NCBI GenBank assembly: GCA_016214785.1
Contig: JACRNV010000028.1
Span: 67,445-131,444, forward strand
Source: Methanobacteriota archaeon
Lineage (GTDB): Archaea; Thermoplasmatota; Thermoplasmata; SG8-5; JACRNV01
Direction: 5' to 3'
Length of the DNA: 64,000 nt
Shown here: piece after piece, positions 29,801 through 39,000 of the stretch
How the letters are laid out: each line of letters opens with the position of its first letter
Numbering within the stretch: position 1 is the first letter of the stretch
The notes under the pieces: generated by a model
What the model saw: the letters and a program-made list of their open reading frames with translations, nothing else
Told to the model about the DNA's origin: nothing
The model's database searches: none
Position numbers and translations under genes: made by a program

Positions 29801-30289
29801 AGGTGGAACTTCACGGCCGCGCTCGGCACCTTCGACGGCGACGGGGACACGATCCCAGACCAATACGAGATGGACCACGGGCTGAACCCGAACGCCGACG
29901 ACGCGCAGAGCGACCTGGACGGCGACGGCATGCCGAACCTGTACGAGTATCAGCACAGCCTGAACCCGCAGACCAACGACGCGAGCGCAGATGCGGACGG
30001 CGACGGCTCGACGAACTACCAGGAGTACGTGGCAGGCACCGACCCGCAGGACGCGGCCTCGAAGCCGACGAAGCCGCTCCTCGGCGGCGACTACATGTGG
30101 ATAATCCTGATAATCGTCATCGTGGCGATAGTCGCGGTCGTAGCGCTCGTCTTTGTCATGAAGAAGAAGGGCAAGCCCGCGCAGGCGCCGGAGCAGCCGT
30201 CAGGCGCCCCGCCGCTGCAGGAGCAGACGCCGCAGCAGGAAGCCCCGCCAGCGCCGCAGGGAGAGCAGCCGCCGCAGCAGCAACAGTAG
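26870..30289 (+). CDS. large cell-surface glycoprotein: DNRLRE-like beta-sandwich repeats, Ig-like (SbsA/Big-type) domain, thrombospondin-type-3-like Ca-binding repeats, C-terminal TM anchor and P/Q-rich tail
   Basis: Signal peptide; dozens of N-x-S/T sequons; three repeats with W..E/TxN.P DNRLRE-like signatures; DxDGDG repeats (DGDGDTIPD, DLDGDGMPN, DADGDGSTN); terminal hydrophobic helix WIILIIVIVAIVAVVALVFV then PQ-rich tail. Confidence 0.65.
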   Translation: MAYDSLSRTGKGNARASSILVAVVMGALMLVPTGLAWGGKNVAEPAPLSQPVGPATEGVPSDGPGVQTVVIQPNATDGKDSEIVDDGQSYNNYGNQDVLQVGTTVALNAVDFIRFSLPTQPIRLLSATLSLFCDNVNSPPYGVNVSLNMVNSSWTEGTGTFATPSVDDVNWINYTTGTAWATPGGDYNRTVVSYINVSQANTWYHWNITQIVSLWMAGTVPNNGLAINGTPLGTANNWVEFWSSDYIVNTNLTPKLTVIYSAEIKTPLADQTMQEDEATRNIALNGMGNGTIEHVSGPDDISNVQPFWGSACAWMHFMAVYTADQVGAEGTIRRMSLNRTQLSDTGVFNNFRIAFTHTNRTILDATSFATNYYGKLIQVYNVTNLDANSSNLDSWINFDLSDNFTYDSTQNLLVDIIWIGDNGGNLNLDSTNMGSDRIVWESDIQPITGTPRTLMTKFLIDVVDNSAISNGTSNNFWPFAMTSETQMHHQSLYNFTLMNGSGVIDKIMFQSNNAAVQNAAVQQLSIRLAHSTNTSLGTVYEANRVDAWVEVLNRSFYNFTTGGLGAWIPFDVANTFTYNGVQNLLVDIRWFGGSGNDIDLCQNQSAVYTGQMSQNNYDATVGLLGNNRVYNFQVIYADSANLSWSSASSNPALFTTGTNGANGRNLWITPTANANGVGTLTLTLTNSNGFSVTQNVQVTINAVNDAPVLTGVPATIPCVEDIDYVLNMSAYATDIDDVLANLTFLTNSSHATVNHTLITFNYGEGQNGESVLITVRDQNGLTDTAVTVTTVTYVNDQPYFTSVVANLTCDATVLTQYIVTTGDEETPLNVSITTSSPYATVDNHLVWFLYPKGVGAENVNITIWDITTYGVMRSASSTLLVTVIDHPDVTASSPTGSGVSVTTALTATFDVAMDTAVTGGAFKLSLGGANVPGNVTWSADNKTLTFAPSTHLTNGEYNASIGTGAKDANGTAMLQPFRWNFTAALGTFDGDGDTIPDQYEMDHGLNPNADDAQSDLDGDGMPNLYEYQHSLNPQTNDASADADGDGSTNYQEYVAGTDPQDAASKPTKPLLGGDYMWIILIIVIVAIVAVVALVFVMKKKGKPAQAPEQPSGAPPLQEQTPQQEAPPAPQGEQPPQQQQ

Positions 30290-30431
30290 GCGCGCGGGAT
30301 TCGCAGCTTACAGGATGCTGCCATCGAGCGTGTCGGGTAGAGGCAGCGCGCGCGGTCGTCCAGGCCGGGGGCTTCAGGCGATAGCCCGGCTTCCTACGGC
30401 ATGAAATGCCCTGCACCACCAAGGCGCGCAC

Positions 30432-33416
30432 TTACTCGTTCGTCCGCAGCGCCTCCGACGGCGGTATCATCGACGCCCTGAACGCGGGCCCGATCGTGCA
30501 GCCCAGCGACGCGACGTACGTTATGCCCATTATCCAGGCGAGCTGCGTCCACGGGATGACGAACGACAGGTTCGCGTCGGAGACCATGATGGTGAATATC
30601 TCGTAGGCAACGGTCAGCCCGACCGATATCCCGATGGCGACCGAGAGCGTGGTTATGAAGAGTATCTCGGTAATGAACGACGAGAGTATGTCCCCCCGGG
30701 TGAAGCCGATGGCGCGCATGATGCCTATCTCCCTGCGCCGCTCAACCACGCTCCTGATGGTGATGATGCCCAGCCCGGCGATGCCCACGACGAGCCCGAG
30801 GCCGAGGAATATCTCGAAGAGCATGAATATCGAGTTGATCATCTCGAACATGGTTGCGACAGTCTCGCGCAGGTTGATGGTGTTCATGCCGAACGCGCGG
30901 AAGTCGCGCTCGATTCCATAGGTAACGGCCTGAACGTCCTCCCCGGGCTTGACGTCGAAGAGGAAGATGACGTTGCCTATGAACGTCGTCGGAGATGCGA
31001 AGAGCGCCTGCGCGTGGTCCTTGGTGGTTATCAGCCCGGAGATGACCATCTCGTCCAGGATGCCGATGACGGTGAACCTCGCCGTCCCGTTGGGGGCTCT
31101 CATCTCGATGACGCTGCCCAGCTTCACGCTGCCCGAGCTCTCGACGCCGAAGCCCGCGCCACCGCCGAAGCTGCCGCCGCCGTACACTATCTTGGAGCTG
31201 TCGTTCCTGACCGCGCTCCAGACGGCCTGCCCGTCGGCGTAGCCGTCCGAGATGTTGCTGAACTCGAAGTGGTTGTTATCGATGAAGTGGTCGTCTATGG
31301 CCCACAGGCCGATGCTGCCCGAGCCCATGCCGCCAAACGGGCCGCCCCCTCCGCCGCCCGGGCGGACGCCGTCCACGGTGAGCGACGGAGTGGGCGAGAC
31401 GATTGATATCTGTTCGTACTCGAGCACGCTGTTCGAAAGGGTGTCGGAGGTGACAGGCGTGAAGTTGCCGGTAGACACGTCGAATATCGAGGCGTTCCCA
31501 ATGTCCTGGAGCGGCATCTGCGTCGTGCCTATGACCTGGTAGCCGCCGCCCTGCTTCTCGACCTGCGCCTCCATGTTCATCGAGAATATGGCCGTGAACG
31601 CCGAGACCATGACGATGGTGAAGATGACGAGCGTGAACATCGCGACCGTCATGCCGGTCCTGAACCTCTTGTTGAGCGGGTGCGAGACGGCAGTCTTAAC
31701 GATGGGGCGCATGGCCTTTATCCTGCCGACGGTCCCGGAGACGAAGCCCACGACCACGGGCGAATTGAACATGACGGTGATGACCGCCGCCAGCGTCAGG
31801 AAGACGCCCGCGGTTATCATCAGGTACTGGACATTGGTATCGTTCCCCTCGAAGAAGGTGGCTATGGCGTAGAGCGTCCAGACGACGATGCCGAGCCCGC
31901 TCACCGAGAACGCCACGCGGGCGCTCACTGCCCAGCGGAGCGCGAGAGCCAGCCCCATCAACGCCATGCATGGCGCCACGTACCTGATGATGAGGTTATC
32001 GTAATTCAGTATCAAAACCAGCACGACGAGGCACGTGAAGATGCCGCCGAGCGCGGCCGATACGCTCGACGTCCGCCGCTGGACGGGCTCCTCTATGTCC
32101 CGGATGGCACGGACGATGTTGATGTTCGTGACCCTCCACGAGGCCACTATAATCGTGAGGAAGGTGATTGCCGCGCCGGCGCAGAACGCGTTGACGAGGC
32201 TCGACCACTCGAAGTAGAACGGTATCTCGATATCGCCGAACATGGTGAATATGTTGTTGACGCCGTAGATGAGGCTGTAGGCAATCACCAGGCCCACAAG
32301 CGTCCCGATGGCCGCGGCGGCGATGGTGTACGTGGACCCCTCGAAGAGGAACATCTGCATCAGGTCCTTGCGCGTCATGCCGACCGCCCTGGCCATCCCG
32401 AGCTCGGACTTGCGCTCCTCCGCCAGCATGGTGAAGATGTTGATGATGAGTATGATGCCGGCGATGATGCTGAAGGAGCCGAATATCGTGATGAACATCG
32501 TGATCATCTCGCTCGCGTTCTTGCTCTGCTCGAGCTGGTCCGCCTTCACGGCAGTGGGCTTGAGCTTCAGCGCGACCGGGTCAGCGGAGGCGACGAACGT
32601 GGCGTTGAGCGTAGCGTTCACGGCCTCGGTTATGGCAACGCTCTCCGCCACGCCTGTCTTCACGTCCCCGATGCCGGAGATCCTTATCTGGTTGAGCTGG
32701 CCGGAGACGTTGAGCATGGACTGCGCGACGTCGTACCTGATGAATATCCCGGGCGTGGCGTAGGCGCCCTTCCCCTCGTCCCTTACGACGCTGCTCACGG
32801 TAAACGTGGATTCGACGCCGTATGGCGAGCCCTGCGGCCTGTAGCGGATTTTCAGCGTGTCTCCGGCGGAGGCGTCGAGCAGGTCTGCGGCGTTTGCGTT
32901 GATTAGGACGGATGCATCGGGCAATTCATCGCCGTAGGTCGTCGTTCCATCCAGCAGTGTGAACGCCCCGAAGTCCCTGTCCAGGACGGGGTCGAAGCCC
33001 ATGAGGGAGACGGAGGACTCGTACTGGCCCGAATTGTTGTCTTCGACCGAAACAACAGTCTTAATCATCGGGGCGATGCCGTCCGAGTGCTCCTGTACGG
33101 CCGTATCGTTCCTTATGCTCCAGAAGAAGGACTCGTTGAAGTACGCGTTCTTCTCAGCTGCCACGGTCACATCGACGAGATGGAGCGTGTCGTACGTGCT
33201 CTTGACTATGAAATTGTCTATGGAGTCGCCGGTCACCATCGCCCCCGAGATGATGGCGGTCCCCATCAGCAGGCCGCACACGACCAGCGCGGAGTGCGTG
33301 CGGTGGCGCACGAAGTTCCGCGCCCCCATCTTGAAGAGCACGCTCCTGCGCGCGGCTAAAGCCAGTATTACTCCGAGGATTATCGCGAAGAGGGCCACGT
33401 ACAGCAGGTTCAGCAT
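30432..33416 (-). CDS. ABC transporter permease, duplicated FtsX/MacB-like (DUF214) with two large extracytoplasmic domains
   Basis: 994 aa; two FtsX-type 4-TM bundles each preceded by a large extracellular domain; C-terminal SEALR motif region typical of the family. Confidence 0.8.
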   Translation of the reverse strand: MLNLLYVALFAIILGVILALAARRSVLFKMGARNFVRHRTHSALVVCGLLMGTAIISGAMVTGDSIDNFIVKSTYDTLHLVDVTVAAEKNAYFNESFFWSIRNDTAVQEHSDGIAPMIKTVVSVEDNNSGQYESSVSLMGFDPVLDRDFGAFTLLDGTTTYGDELPDASVLINANAADLLDASAGDTLKIRYRPQGSPYGVESTFTVSSVVRDEGKGAYATPGIFIRYDVAQSMLNVSGQLNQIRISGIGDVKTGVAESVAITEAVNATLNATFVASADPVALKLKPTAVKADQLEQSKNASEMITMFITIFGSFSIIAGIILIINIFTMLAEERKSELGMARAVGMTRKDLMQMFLFEGSTYTIAAAAIGTLVGLVIAYSLIYGVNNIFTMFGDIEIPFYFEWSSLVNAFCAGAAITFLTIIVASWRVTNINIVRAIRDIEEPVQRRTSSVSAALGGIFTCLVVLVLILNYDNLIIRYVAPCMALMGLALALRWAVSARVAFSVSGLGIVVWTLYAIATFFEGNDTNVQYLMITAGVFLTLAAVITVMFNSPVVVGFVSGTVGRIKAMRPIVKTAVSHPLNKRFRTGMTVAMFTLVIFTIVMVSAFTAIFSMNMEAQVEKQGGGYQVIGTTQMPLQDIGNASIFDVSTGNFTPVTSDTLSNSVLEYEQISIVSPTPSLTVDGVRPGGGGGGPFGGMGSGSIGLWAIDDHFIDNNHFEFSNISDGYADGQAVWSAVRNDSSKIVYGGGSFGGGAGFGVESSGSVKLGSVIEMRAPNGTARFTVIGILDEMVISGLITTKDHAQALFASPTTFIGNVIFLFDVKPGEDVQAVTYGIERDFRAFGMNTINLRETVATMFEMINSIFMLFEIFLGLGLVVGIAGLGIITIRSVVERRREIGIMRAIGFTRGDILSSFITEILFITTLSVAIGISVGLTVAYEIFTIMVSDANLSFVIPWTQLAWIMGITYVASLGCTIGPAFRASMIPPSEALRTNE

Positions 33417-33435
33417 CGCATCGCCTCGCGCTAAC

Positions 33436-34221
33436 CTACTTCTCGCACTTCAGCGGGACGTACTCCCTCTCTATCCTGCCGTCGCGCATCTTGATGACGC
33501 GGTTCGCGCGCTCGCCTACGGTGTTGTCGTGGGAGACTACCACGAACGTCTGCCCGTTCTCCCTGTTGAGCCTGGTGAGGAGGTCCATTATCTGGCGCGA
33601 GGTCTCCGCGTCCAGATTGCCAGTGGGCTCGTCGGCCCAGACAATGGCGGGGTCGTTCACGAGGGAGCGGGCGATGGTCACGCGCTGCTGCTCGCCCCCC
33701 GACAGTTCCGAGGGCTTGAACTTCGTCCTCTTCTCCAGCCCGACCAGGCGGAGCATCTCCTCGGCCTTCTCGCGGGCGACCTTGGGCTTCACGCCCGTGA
33801 CCAGCAAAGGCAGCTCGACGTTCTCCACCGCCGTGAGCACGGGCAGCAGGTTGTAGTTCTGGAAGATGAACCCCATGCGCTTGGCCCTGTGCCTGCTCTT
33901 CTCGTTGTCGCTCATCTTCGAGAGGTCCTTCCCTTCTATGAATATCGTGCCGCTCGTGGCGTCGTCTATCCCGGAAAAGCAGTTCAGCATCGTCGTCTTG
34001 CCGCAGCCGCTCGGCCCCATGATGGAGACCATCTCGCCCTTCCGGACAGTTATATCTATGCCGTTCAGCGCCCGTACCTTTATCTTCCCGGTGTCGTAGA
34101 CCTTCACCACGCCCTTGCCATGGATTATCGTCTCGCCAAGGGCGGAATTGCACGGGGGGTCTGCCGGCGCCGTCGGGGCGCGGTTCCCTGCTGTTTTCGC
34201 ATCGCTTGCCATGTCTTTCAC
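33436..34221 (-). CDS. ABC transporter ATP-binding protein (MacB/LolD-type)
   Basis: Walker A GPSGCGKTT, signature LSGGEQQRV, Walker B IVWADEPTGNLD, H-loop SHD. Confidence 0.9.
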   Translation of the reverse strand: MKDMASDAKTAGNRAPTAPADPPCNSALGETIIHGKGVVKVYDTGKIKVRALNGIDITVRKGEMVSIMGPSGCGKTTMLNCFSGIDDATSGTIFIEGKDLSKMSDNEKSRHRAKRMGFIFQNYNLLPVLTAVENVELPLLVTGVKPKVAREKAEEMLRLVGLEKRTKFKPSELSGGEQQRVTIARSLVNDPAIVWADEPTGNLDAETSRQIMDLLTRLNRENGQTFVVVSHDNTVGERANRVIKMRDGRIEREYVPLKCEK

Positions 34222-34225
34222 CCGC

Positions 34226-35446
34226 CTACCTGCTCATCGCCTTCTTGAACATCGGCACCGCTATCGCCAGGAAGACGACCCCGAACGCGAACAGCACCGT
34301 CGCCTCGATCCATATCGACGAGATGCCCGCGCCCAGCACCATGACCTTCCTCAGCGCGGTCGTGGCATATGTGAGGGGGAGGGCGTGCGCGACGTCCTGC
34401 ATGTACCACGGCATCTGCTGTATCGGGAAGAACACCCCGCTGAGGAACATCATCGGGAACATCAGCGTCATCATGACCATCGTCGCGGTCTCCTCCTTCT
34501 CCGTAAACGATGTTATCAGGATGCCGAGCCCGACGAAACTGAACACGGACAGGAGTATGATGCCGACGACGAGCAGTATGTTCCCCTGGATTGTGACGCC
34601 GAAGAGCAGTATCGCCAGGGTGATGACTATCGCAGCCTGTATGAGGCCGCGCGCGGTCTGCGCCAGCACCTTCCCGAGTATTATGGAGAGCCTGTTGATG
34701 GGGGCCACGAGCATCCCGTCCAGCGTGCCTATGTCCTTCTCGTACGAGATGGCGTGCGGCAGGCCGGTCATCAGGGACATCATGACGGTCATCCCGATGA
34801 TGCCCGGCGCCACGAACTGGAAGTAGTTGGGTTCCCCTGGCATTATTCCCTGGAACTGGACGCTGTAGGGCTGGATGACCGCCACCGTGCTGTTGAAATC
34901 GACGCCGTATGTCCTGTTGACGTTCATCCTGGCGAAGTAGGTGCCCATCGCCTCAATGGTCTTTGAAAGGACGGCCTGCATCATCTGCGATACCTGCGGG
35001 TTCGACTGGTCTGTTATTACCGTAATGGCACCCTGCCGCCCCGCCAGGATGTCAGATGTGAAATTGCCCGGGATTATGATGCCACCGCTCAGCTTGCCGT
35101 CCTGAATCTGGGCCTTTATATCGTCGAAGCCCGGCGACGTGCTGAGGGTCATCATGCCCGTCTCATTATTGATAGCTTCGAGTTGAGTGACGAATGTGTC
35201 CCCCATCCAATAAGTGGTCGTATTTCCAGTCAACGGATTCGTGACCGACTGCTCGACATCCTGCATCGAGATTGCGACGGGCTGGTCGCTTATCGAGCCG
35301 CCGGACGGGAATATGAAACCGACCATGACCATCATGAAGAGCGGCATGAGTATCAGCATCACTAGCCTGAGCTTGCTCCTGCTGAACTCCGTCAGGTCCT
35401 TCCAGCATATCCACGCGCTGTGTCTGATTATGCTTGAGGCTCCCAT
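34226..35446 (-). CDS. ABC-2 type transporter permease
   Basis: N-terminal TM, large extracytoplasmic loop, C-terminal 5-TM ABC-2 membrane domain; start set at the ATG 35446. Confidence 0.7.
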   Translation of the reverse strand: MGASSIIRHSAWICWKDLTEFSRSKLRLVMLILMPLFMMVMVGFIFPSGGSISDQPVAISMQDVEQSVTNPLTGNTTTYWMGDTFVTQLEAINNETGMMTLSTSPGFDDIKAQIQDGKLSGGIIIPGNFTSDILAGRQGAITVITDQSNPQVSQMMQAVLSKTIEAMGTYFARMNVNRTYGVDFNSTVAVIQPYSVQFQGIMPGEPNYFQFVAPGIIGMTVMMSLMTGLPHAISYEKDIGTLDGMLVAPINRLSIILGKVLAQTARGLIQAAIVITLAILLFGVTIQGNILLVVGIILLSVFSFVGLGILITSFTEKEETATMVMMTLMFPMMFLSGVFFPIQQMPWYMQDVAHALPLTYATTALRKVMVLGAGISSIWIEATVLFAFGVVFLAIAVPMFKKAMSR

Positions 35447-35451
35447 CTTCC

Positions 35452-36486
35452 TCACCTCCCCCTCTTGCTGCCGCCGCCCCCGCCCATGGGGCCGTGCCTC
35501 GGCCCTCCTTGGTGGTTGATTTTGACAGTGTCGGAGACGCTGTCCCTCACCTCGCGGCCGGTTATCCTCAGGAAGACGTCCTCCAGGGTGGGTTCGAGGC
35601 TCTTGACCTCCTTGACCTTCCCGCCACATTTCCTGACCGTATCGAGGATGGAATCAAAGGAATCGCCGCCGCTCCTGACTTTGATGCGCGTTTCGCTCTC
35701 CTGGACAATGGAGCTCACTCCGCCGACGGCCTTTATGGCCGATATCATGGCATTATTGAGATTGGGTATGTCGAACTCATGGATGGCGACGTCGGTTCCG
35801 GAGGCCATCTTCTTCAAATTGGCTGGGGTGTCCAGCGCGACTATCTTCCCGTGGTCGATGATGCCTATCCTGTTGCATAGCAGGTCGGCCTCGACCATCA
35901 TGTGGGTTGTGAGTATCATCGTCGTGCGGTTCTCGACGTTTATCTTTCGGATCACCTCGCGTATCTCGGAAGTGGACTGCGGGTCGAGGCCGAGCGTCGG
36001 CTCGTCGAGAAAGAGGATGTTGGGCTTGTTGACCATCGCGCGTATGACGTTTATCCTCTGCTTCATGCCGGTGGAATAGGTCCCTATCTGCTTGTCGGCC
36101 CACTTCTCCATGTGCACGAGGGACAGGATCTCGTCTATCCTCCTGTTCAGCTCGTCTTTGGGGATGTCGTAGAGCCTGCCGAAGAGCTTCAGGTTCTCGC
36201 GCGCCGTCAGCTCGTTGTACATTATCATCTTCTCCGAGACGAGGCCGATGTGCTTCCTGACCTCGGAGTCCTGCCTCACTATGTCGAAGCCGGCAATCGT
36301 CGCCGAGCCGCCCGAGGGCCTGCTCAGGGTGCAGAGCATCCTGATCGTCGTGGACTTTCCCGCACCGTTCGGACCGAGGAAGCCGAATATCTCCCCTTCC
36401 TTGACATCGAAGGATATCTGGTCGACGGCTGTGAAATTGCCGAACTTCTTTGACAGGCTGTTTGTGACAATCGCGCTCTTTGACAT
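35452..36486 (-). CDS. ABC transporter ATP-binding protein (ABC-2/DrrA-type) with Gly-rich C-terminal tail
   Basis: Walker A GPNGAGKST, signature YSTGMKQR, Walker B LFLDEPTLGLD; unusual tail GGPRHGPMGGGGGSKRGR. Confidence 0.9.
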   Translation of the reverse strand: MSKSAIVTNSLSKKFGNFTAVDQISFDVKEGEIFGFLGPNGAGKSTTIRMLCTLSRPSGGSATIAGFDIVRQDSEVRKHIGLVSEKMIMYNELTARENLKLFGRLYDIPKDELNRRIDEILSLVHMEKWADKQIGTYSTGMKQRINVIRAMVNKPNILFLDEPTLGLDPQSTSEIREVIRKINVENRTTMILTTHMMVEADLLCNRIGIIDHGKIVALDTPANLKKMASGTDVAIHEFDIPNLNNAMISAIKAVGGVSSIVQESETRIKVRSGGDSFDSILDTVRKCGGKVKEVKSLEPTLEDVFLRITGREVRDSVSDTVKINHQGGPRHGPMGGGGGSKRGR

Positions 36487-36510
36487 GCACTCACTTCCTG
36501 CACGGCTGGC

Positions 36511-36762
36511 CTAGCCCTTGCGGCCCGGCTTCCCGTTGACCTGCTCCTTGAAGAATTCGATGTGCTTTCCCATCGTCGTAAGCATCTCGTTCAGCGCCTC
36601 CGCCTTCAGGAGCATGATGCCATGCATCGGGCCGGGCATGCTGAGCACGAGGAGCTTGTCTCCCGAGCCTATACTGTGCTTCTTCCTGAGCTTGGCTGGC
36701 AGGACTATCTGCCCGCGCTCGCCGACCGTCGTGCTCCCGAAGAACTCAAGGTCTCCGAACAT
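36511..36762 (-). CDS. AbrB/SpoVT-family DNA-binding protein (swapped-hairpin beta-barrel regulator)
   Basis: VGERGQIVLPAKLRKKHSIGSGDKLLV matches the AbrB/MazE looped-hinge motif; first gene of the ABC operon. Confidence 0.7.
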   Translation of the reverse strand: MFGDLEFFGSTTVGERGQIVLPAKLRKKHSIGSGDKLLVLSMPGPMHGIMLLKAEALNEMLTTMGKHIEFFKEQVNGKPGRKG

Positions 36763-36899
36763 GAACTCACCTTGAGGGTGGGAGAAGGCGTATGATATAT
36801 TAAACCTTTCACTAAAATCATACTATTCATATTTGTATGATGAACGTGTCGTAGCTACCTTATTGATGTACTGGCCAGGTAAAATCATTGGGGGTATAT

Positions 36900-37928
36900 C
36901 TATGTGTTCCCGTTCCCCGCCATGTACCTCGTCCTTCGCCCGTCCGTCTCCATCCGGACGGCCCCGCTGCGCTCCAGGACCTTCAGGTTGTAGCTCGCCG
37001 TCTGCTGGCTGATGCCCAGGATGTCGGCTATGAACTTCTGGGTCGCGCCGTCCACGCCCGTCTGGCGTATGAGGTCGAGTATCTCGAGCTGCATCTCGCT
37101 GAGCTTGATGCCCCCTTCCTGCGGTATCATCACGTTGACGGGGTAGAAGCGCTTGAACGTGCCGTCCCTCCTGGACTTCACGAACCCCTGCATCTCCAGG
37201 GTGCGGAGGTGGTGCGCCAGAGTGCCGTTGTTCAGGCTGAGCGCGAGCCTGATGGCGTTGTAGTGGTTGCCGGGGTTGGCGACGATGAAACCGTATATCT
37301 GGCCGCGAACGAAGTGGTCCAGCACCTCTTCCTTCCTCACCCGCGTATAAAGCGGGAATAGGAGGCGCATGAGGCCGTATTTGCCGACCTCCGTGCCGGC
37401 GATGCCCGAGCCAACGACGGCTGCGGCGACGCCGGCGAGCCACAGGCTGTCGGCCGGTATCTCGGCCGCGGGGGGGAGCACTGTCAGCGAGATGGTCGCC
37501 TGACCGGACGTGTAGTCGGCCTTGGCGGCGTTGACGACGAGCCAGACCTTCCCCTCGCGGTCGACATTGTCCGCGGCGTAGACGAAGCTCGTCTTGCCGT
37601 CGGCGTCCGTGGGCGCCGTAGCCTGGACGTTGCCCGCGCCGAGCAGGTTGACGGTGACCGTCGCCCCCTCGATCGGGATGTTGCGCATGTCCCTGACGAC
37701 GACCTCGACATAGGACGTGGAACCGGAGCCAATGACCTTGAAGTCAGTGTCCGCCCACACGCAGAGGACGGTGTCGTTGCTCGCCGCCATGTCGTAGCGC
37801 ACGTCGCGGAAAGGCGGCCGGGCGGCAGCGGGGCGCACCGACAACGAGAGGAAGATGGCAAAACCGAGGATTGCAAGGGCTAGGATTATGCCGAACCGGC
37901 GAGTGCGATTCGACTCCCGCCATGACAT
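36900..37928 (-). CDS. membrane-anchored winged-helix transcriptional regulator (TM - extracytoplasmic beta-rich domain - TM - C-terminal wHTH)
   Basis: N-terminal TM helix, about 130-aa exported domain with sequons, second hydrophobic segment, C-terminal ArsR-like HTH (QLEILDLIRQTGVDGATQKFIADILGISQQTASYNLKVLERSGAV). Confidence 0.6.
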   Translation of the reverse strand: MSWRESNRTRRFGIILALAILGFAIFLSLSVRPAAARPPFRDVRYDMAASNDTVLCVWADTDFKVIGSGSTSYVEVVVRDMRNIPIEGATVTVNLLGAGNVQATAPTDADGKTSFVYAADNVDREGKVWLVVNAAKADYTSGQATISLTVLPPAAEIPADSLWLAGVAAAVVGSGIAGTEVGKYGLMRLLFPLYTRVRKEEVLDHFVRGQIYGFIVANPGNHYNAIRLALSLNNGTLAHHLRTLEMQGFVKSRRDGTFKRFYPVNVMIPQEGGIKLSEMQLEILDLIRQTGVDGATQKFIADILGISQQTASYNLKVLERSGAVRMETDGRRTRYMAGNGNT

Positions 37929-38086
37929 GGTTTAGCATATGTCCTTTCCCATATATAAATACATCTGTACAGCGTTTTGTAAGTGGCTATTTTGCATATT
38001 TTATTCTTTCCATTGCCCGGCCTCGGCCTTTTTTTACTAGTTGTGTGGATGGCTTCTTTCAACTATCGCCATCCCTGAGGCATTCT

Positions 38087-38869
38087 TCAGAAAATTTGTG
38101 ACCATGCCCGGAGAGCCATTGACGCAAGTCCTGCTGGCAATGCAGGGACGTTCTTCATCACAACCGCGCCCAAGCCTATGAACGCATTGTTGCCTACGAC
38201 GACGTAGTCCCTTATCGAGCTGTTCGGGGAAATCCAGACGCCATCACCTATCTTCGCACTCCCGGCGATTATGGTTCCCGCAGTGATGATGCAGTTCTTT
38301 CCGATTGTGACATTGTGCCCGATGTGGCAGTAGTGGTCTATCTTCGTGCACCGCCCGACCCTTGTGTTCCCGAGTGTCCCCCTGTCTATGTTCGTGAACG
38401 GAAAGACCTCCACGTAGTCACCGAGAACCACGCCCCCGTAGTGCGGGAAATTCTCTAACATCCCCTTCTCGTTTTCAATATGCCCGAGTCCCTCATATCC
38501 GATCAGGCAATATGGATAGACAATCACATTCCTCCCTATAGTCACATTGTCGTTTATCAATACGTTCGAATGAATTATCGTGTTGGCCTTTATTTTACAT
38601 TTCCCAATCGAGCAGTTGGGCCCGATATATACGCTCGGGTGTATGTCCGCTCCGTCACTGACCACCGAGGTGGGATGAATACCTCCCCTCTTCACCTCCC
38701 GCGGGAAGCATCTCTTTAATATTCTTAAAAAGGCCAACTGGGGGTTCTCCACGACTACGAATGCCTTTTTAGTAGCGTTTGGGCTTTTAACGCCCGTCTT
38801 TTTATTAACCAGTATCACCGAAGCCTTTGAATTGTTGACGATTTTTGTCGAGTTTTGTATCCTTTCCAT
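38087..38869 (-). CDS. left-handed beta-helix (hexapeptide-repeat) sugar N-acyltransferase, LpxD/PglD-like
   Basis: Tandem hexapeptide repeats (IGPNCSIG, VTIGRNVIV, VTIGKNCIITAGTIIAG, IGDGVWISPNSSI) after an N-terminal nucleotide-sugar-binding-like region. Confidence 0.7.
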   Translation of the reverse strand: MERIQNSTKIVNNSKASVILVNKKTGVKSPNATKKAFVVVENPQLAFLRILKRCFPREVKRGGIHPTSVVSDGADIHPSVYIGPNCSIGKCKIKANTIIHSNVLINDNVTIGRNVIVYPYCLIGYEGLGHIENEKGMLENFPHYGGVVLGDYVEVFPFTNIDRGTLGNTRVGRCTKIDHYCHIGHNVTIGKNCIITAGTIIAGSAKIGDGVWISPNSSIRDYVVVGNNAFIGLGAVVMKNVPALPAGLASMALRAWSQIF

Positions 38870-39000
38870 AGCGCAGAAAGAGATGGCCCCGCTCTTTCCC
38901 TCCCATATCGTAGAAGGGAACGAAAAGGTTGTGTCAGGGCTGCCTATTATCTCGTATCCCTTAATCTTCAGCTCCGCCAGGACTTTTCCTATCCGGTATT

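Noticed and set aside
31680-34248. 408-aa and 429-aa plus-strand ORFs over the FtsX permease/ABC ATPase genes
   Set aside because: Antisense to genes with clear Walker/ABC-signature and FtsX topology. Composition (Arg/Asp/Gly/His runs) indicates a non-coding frame.
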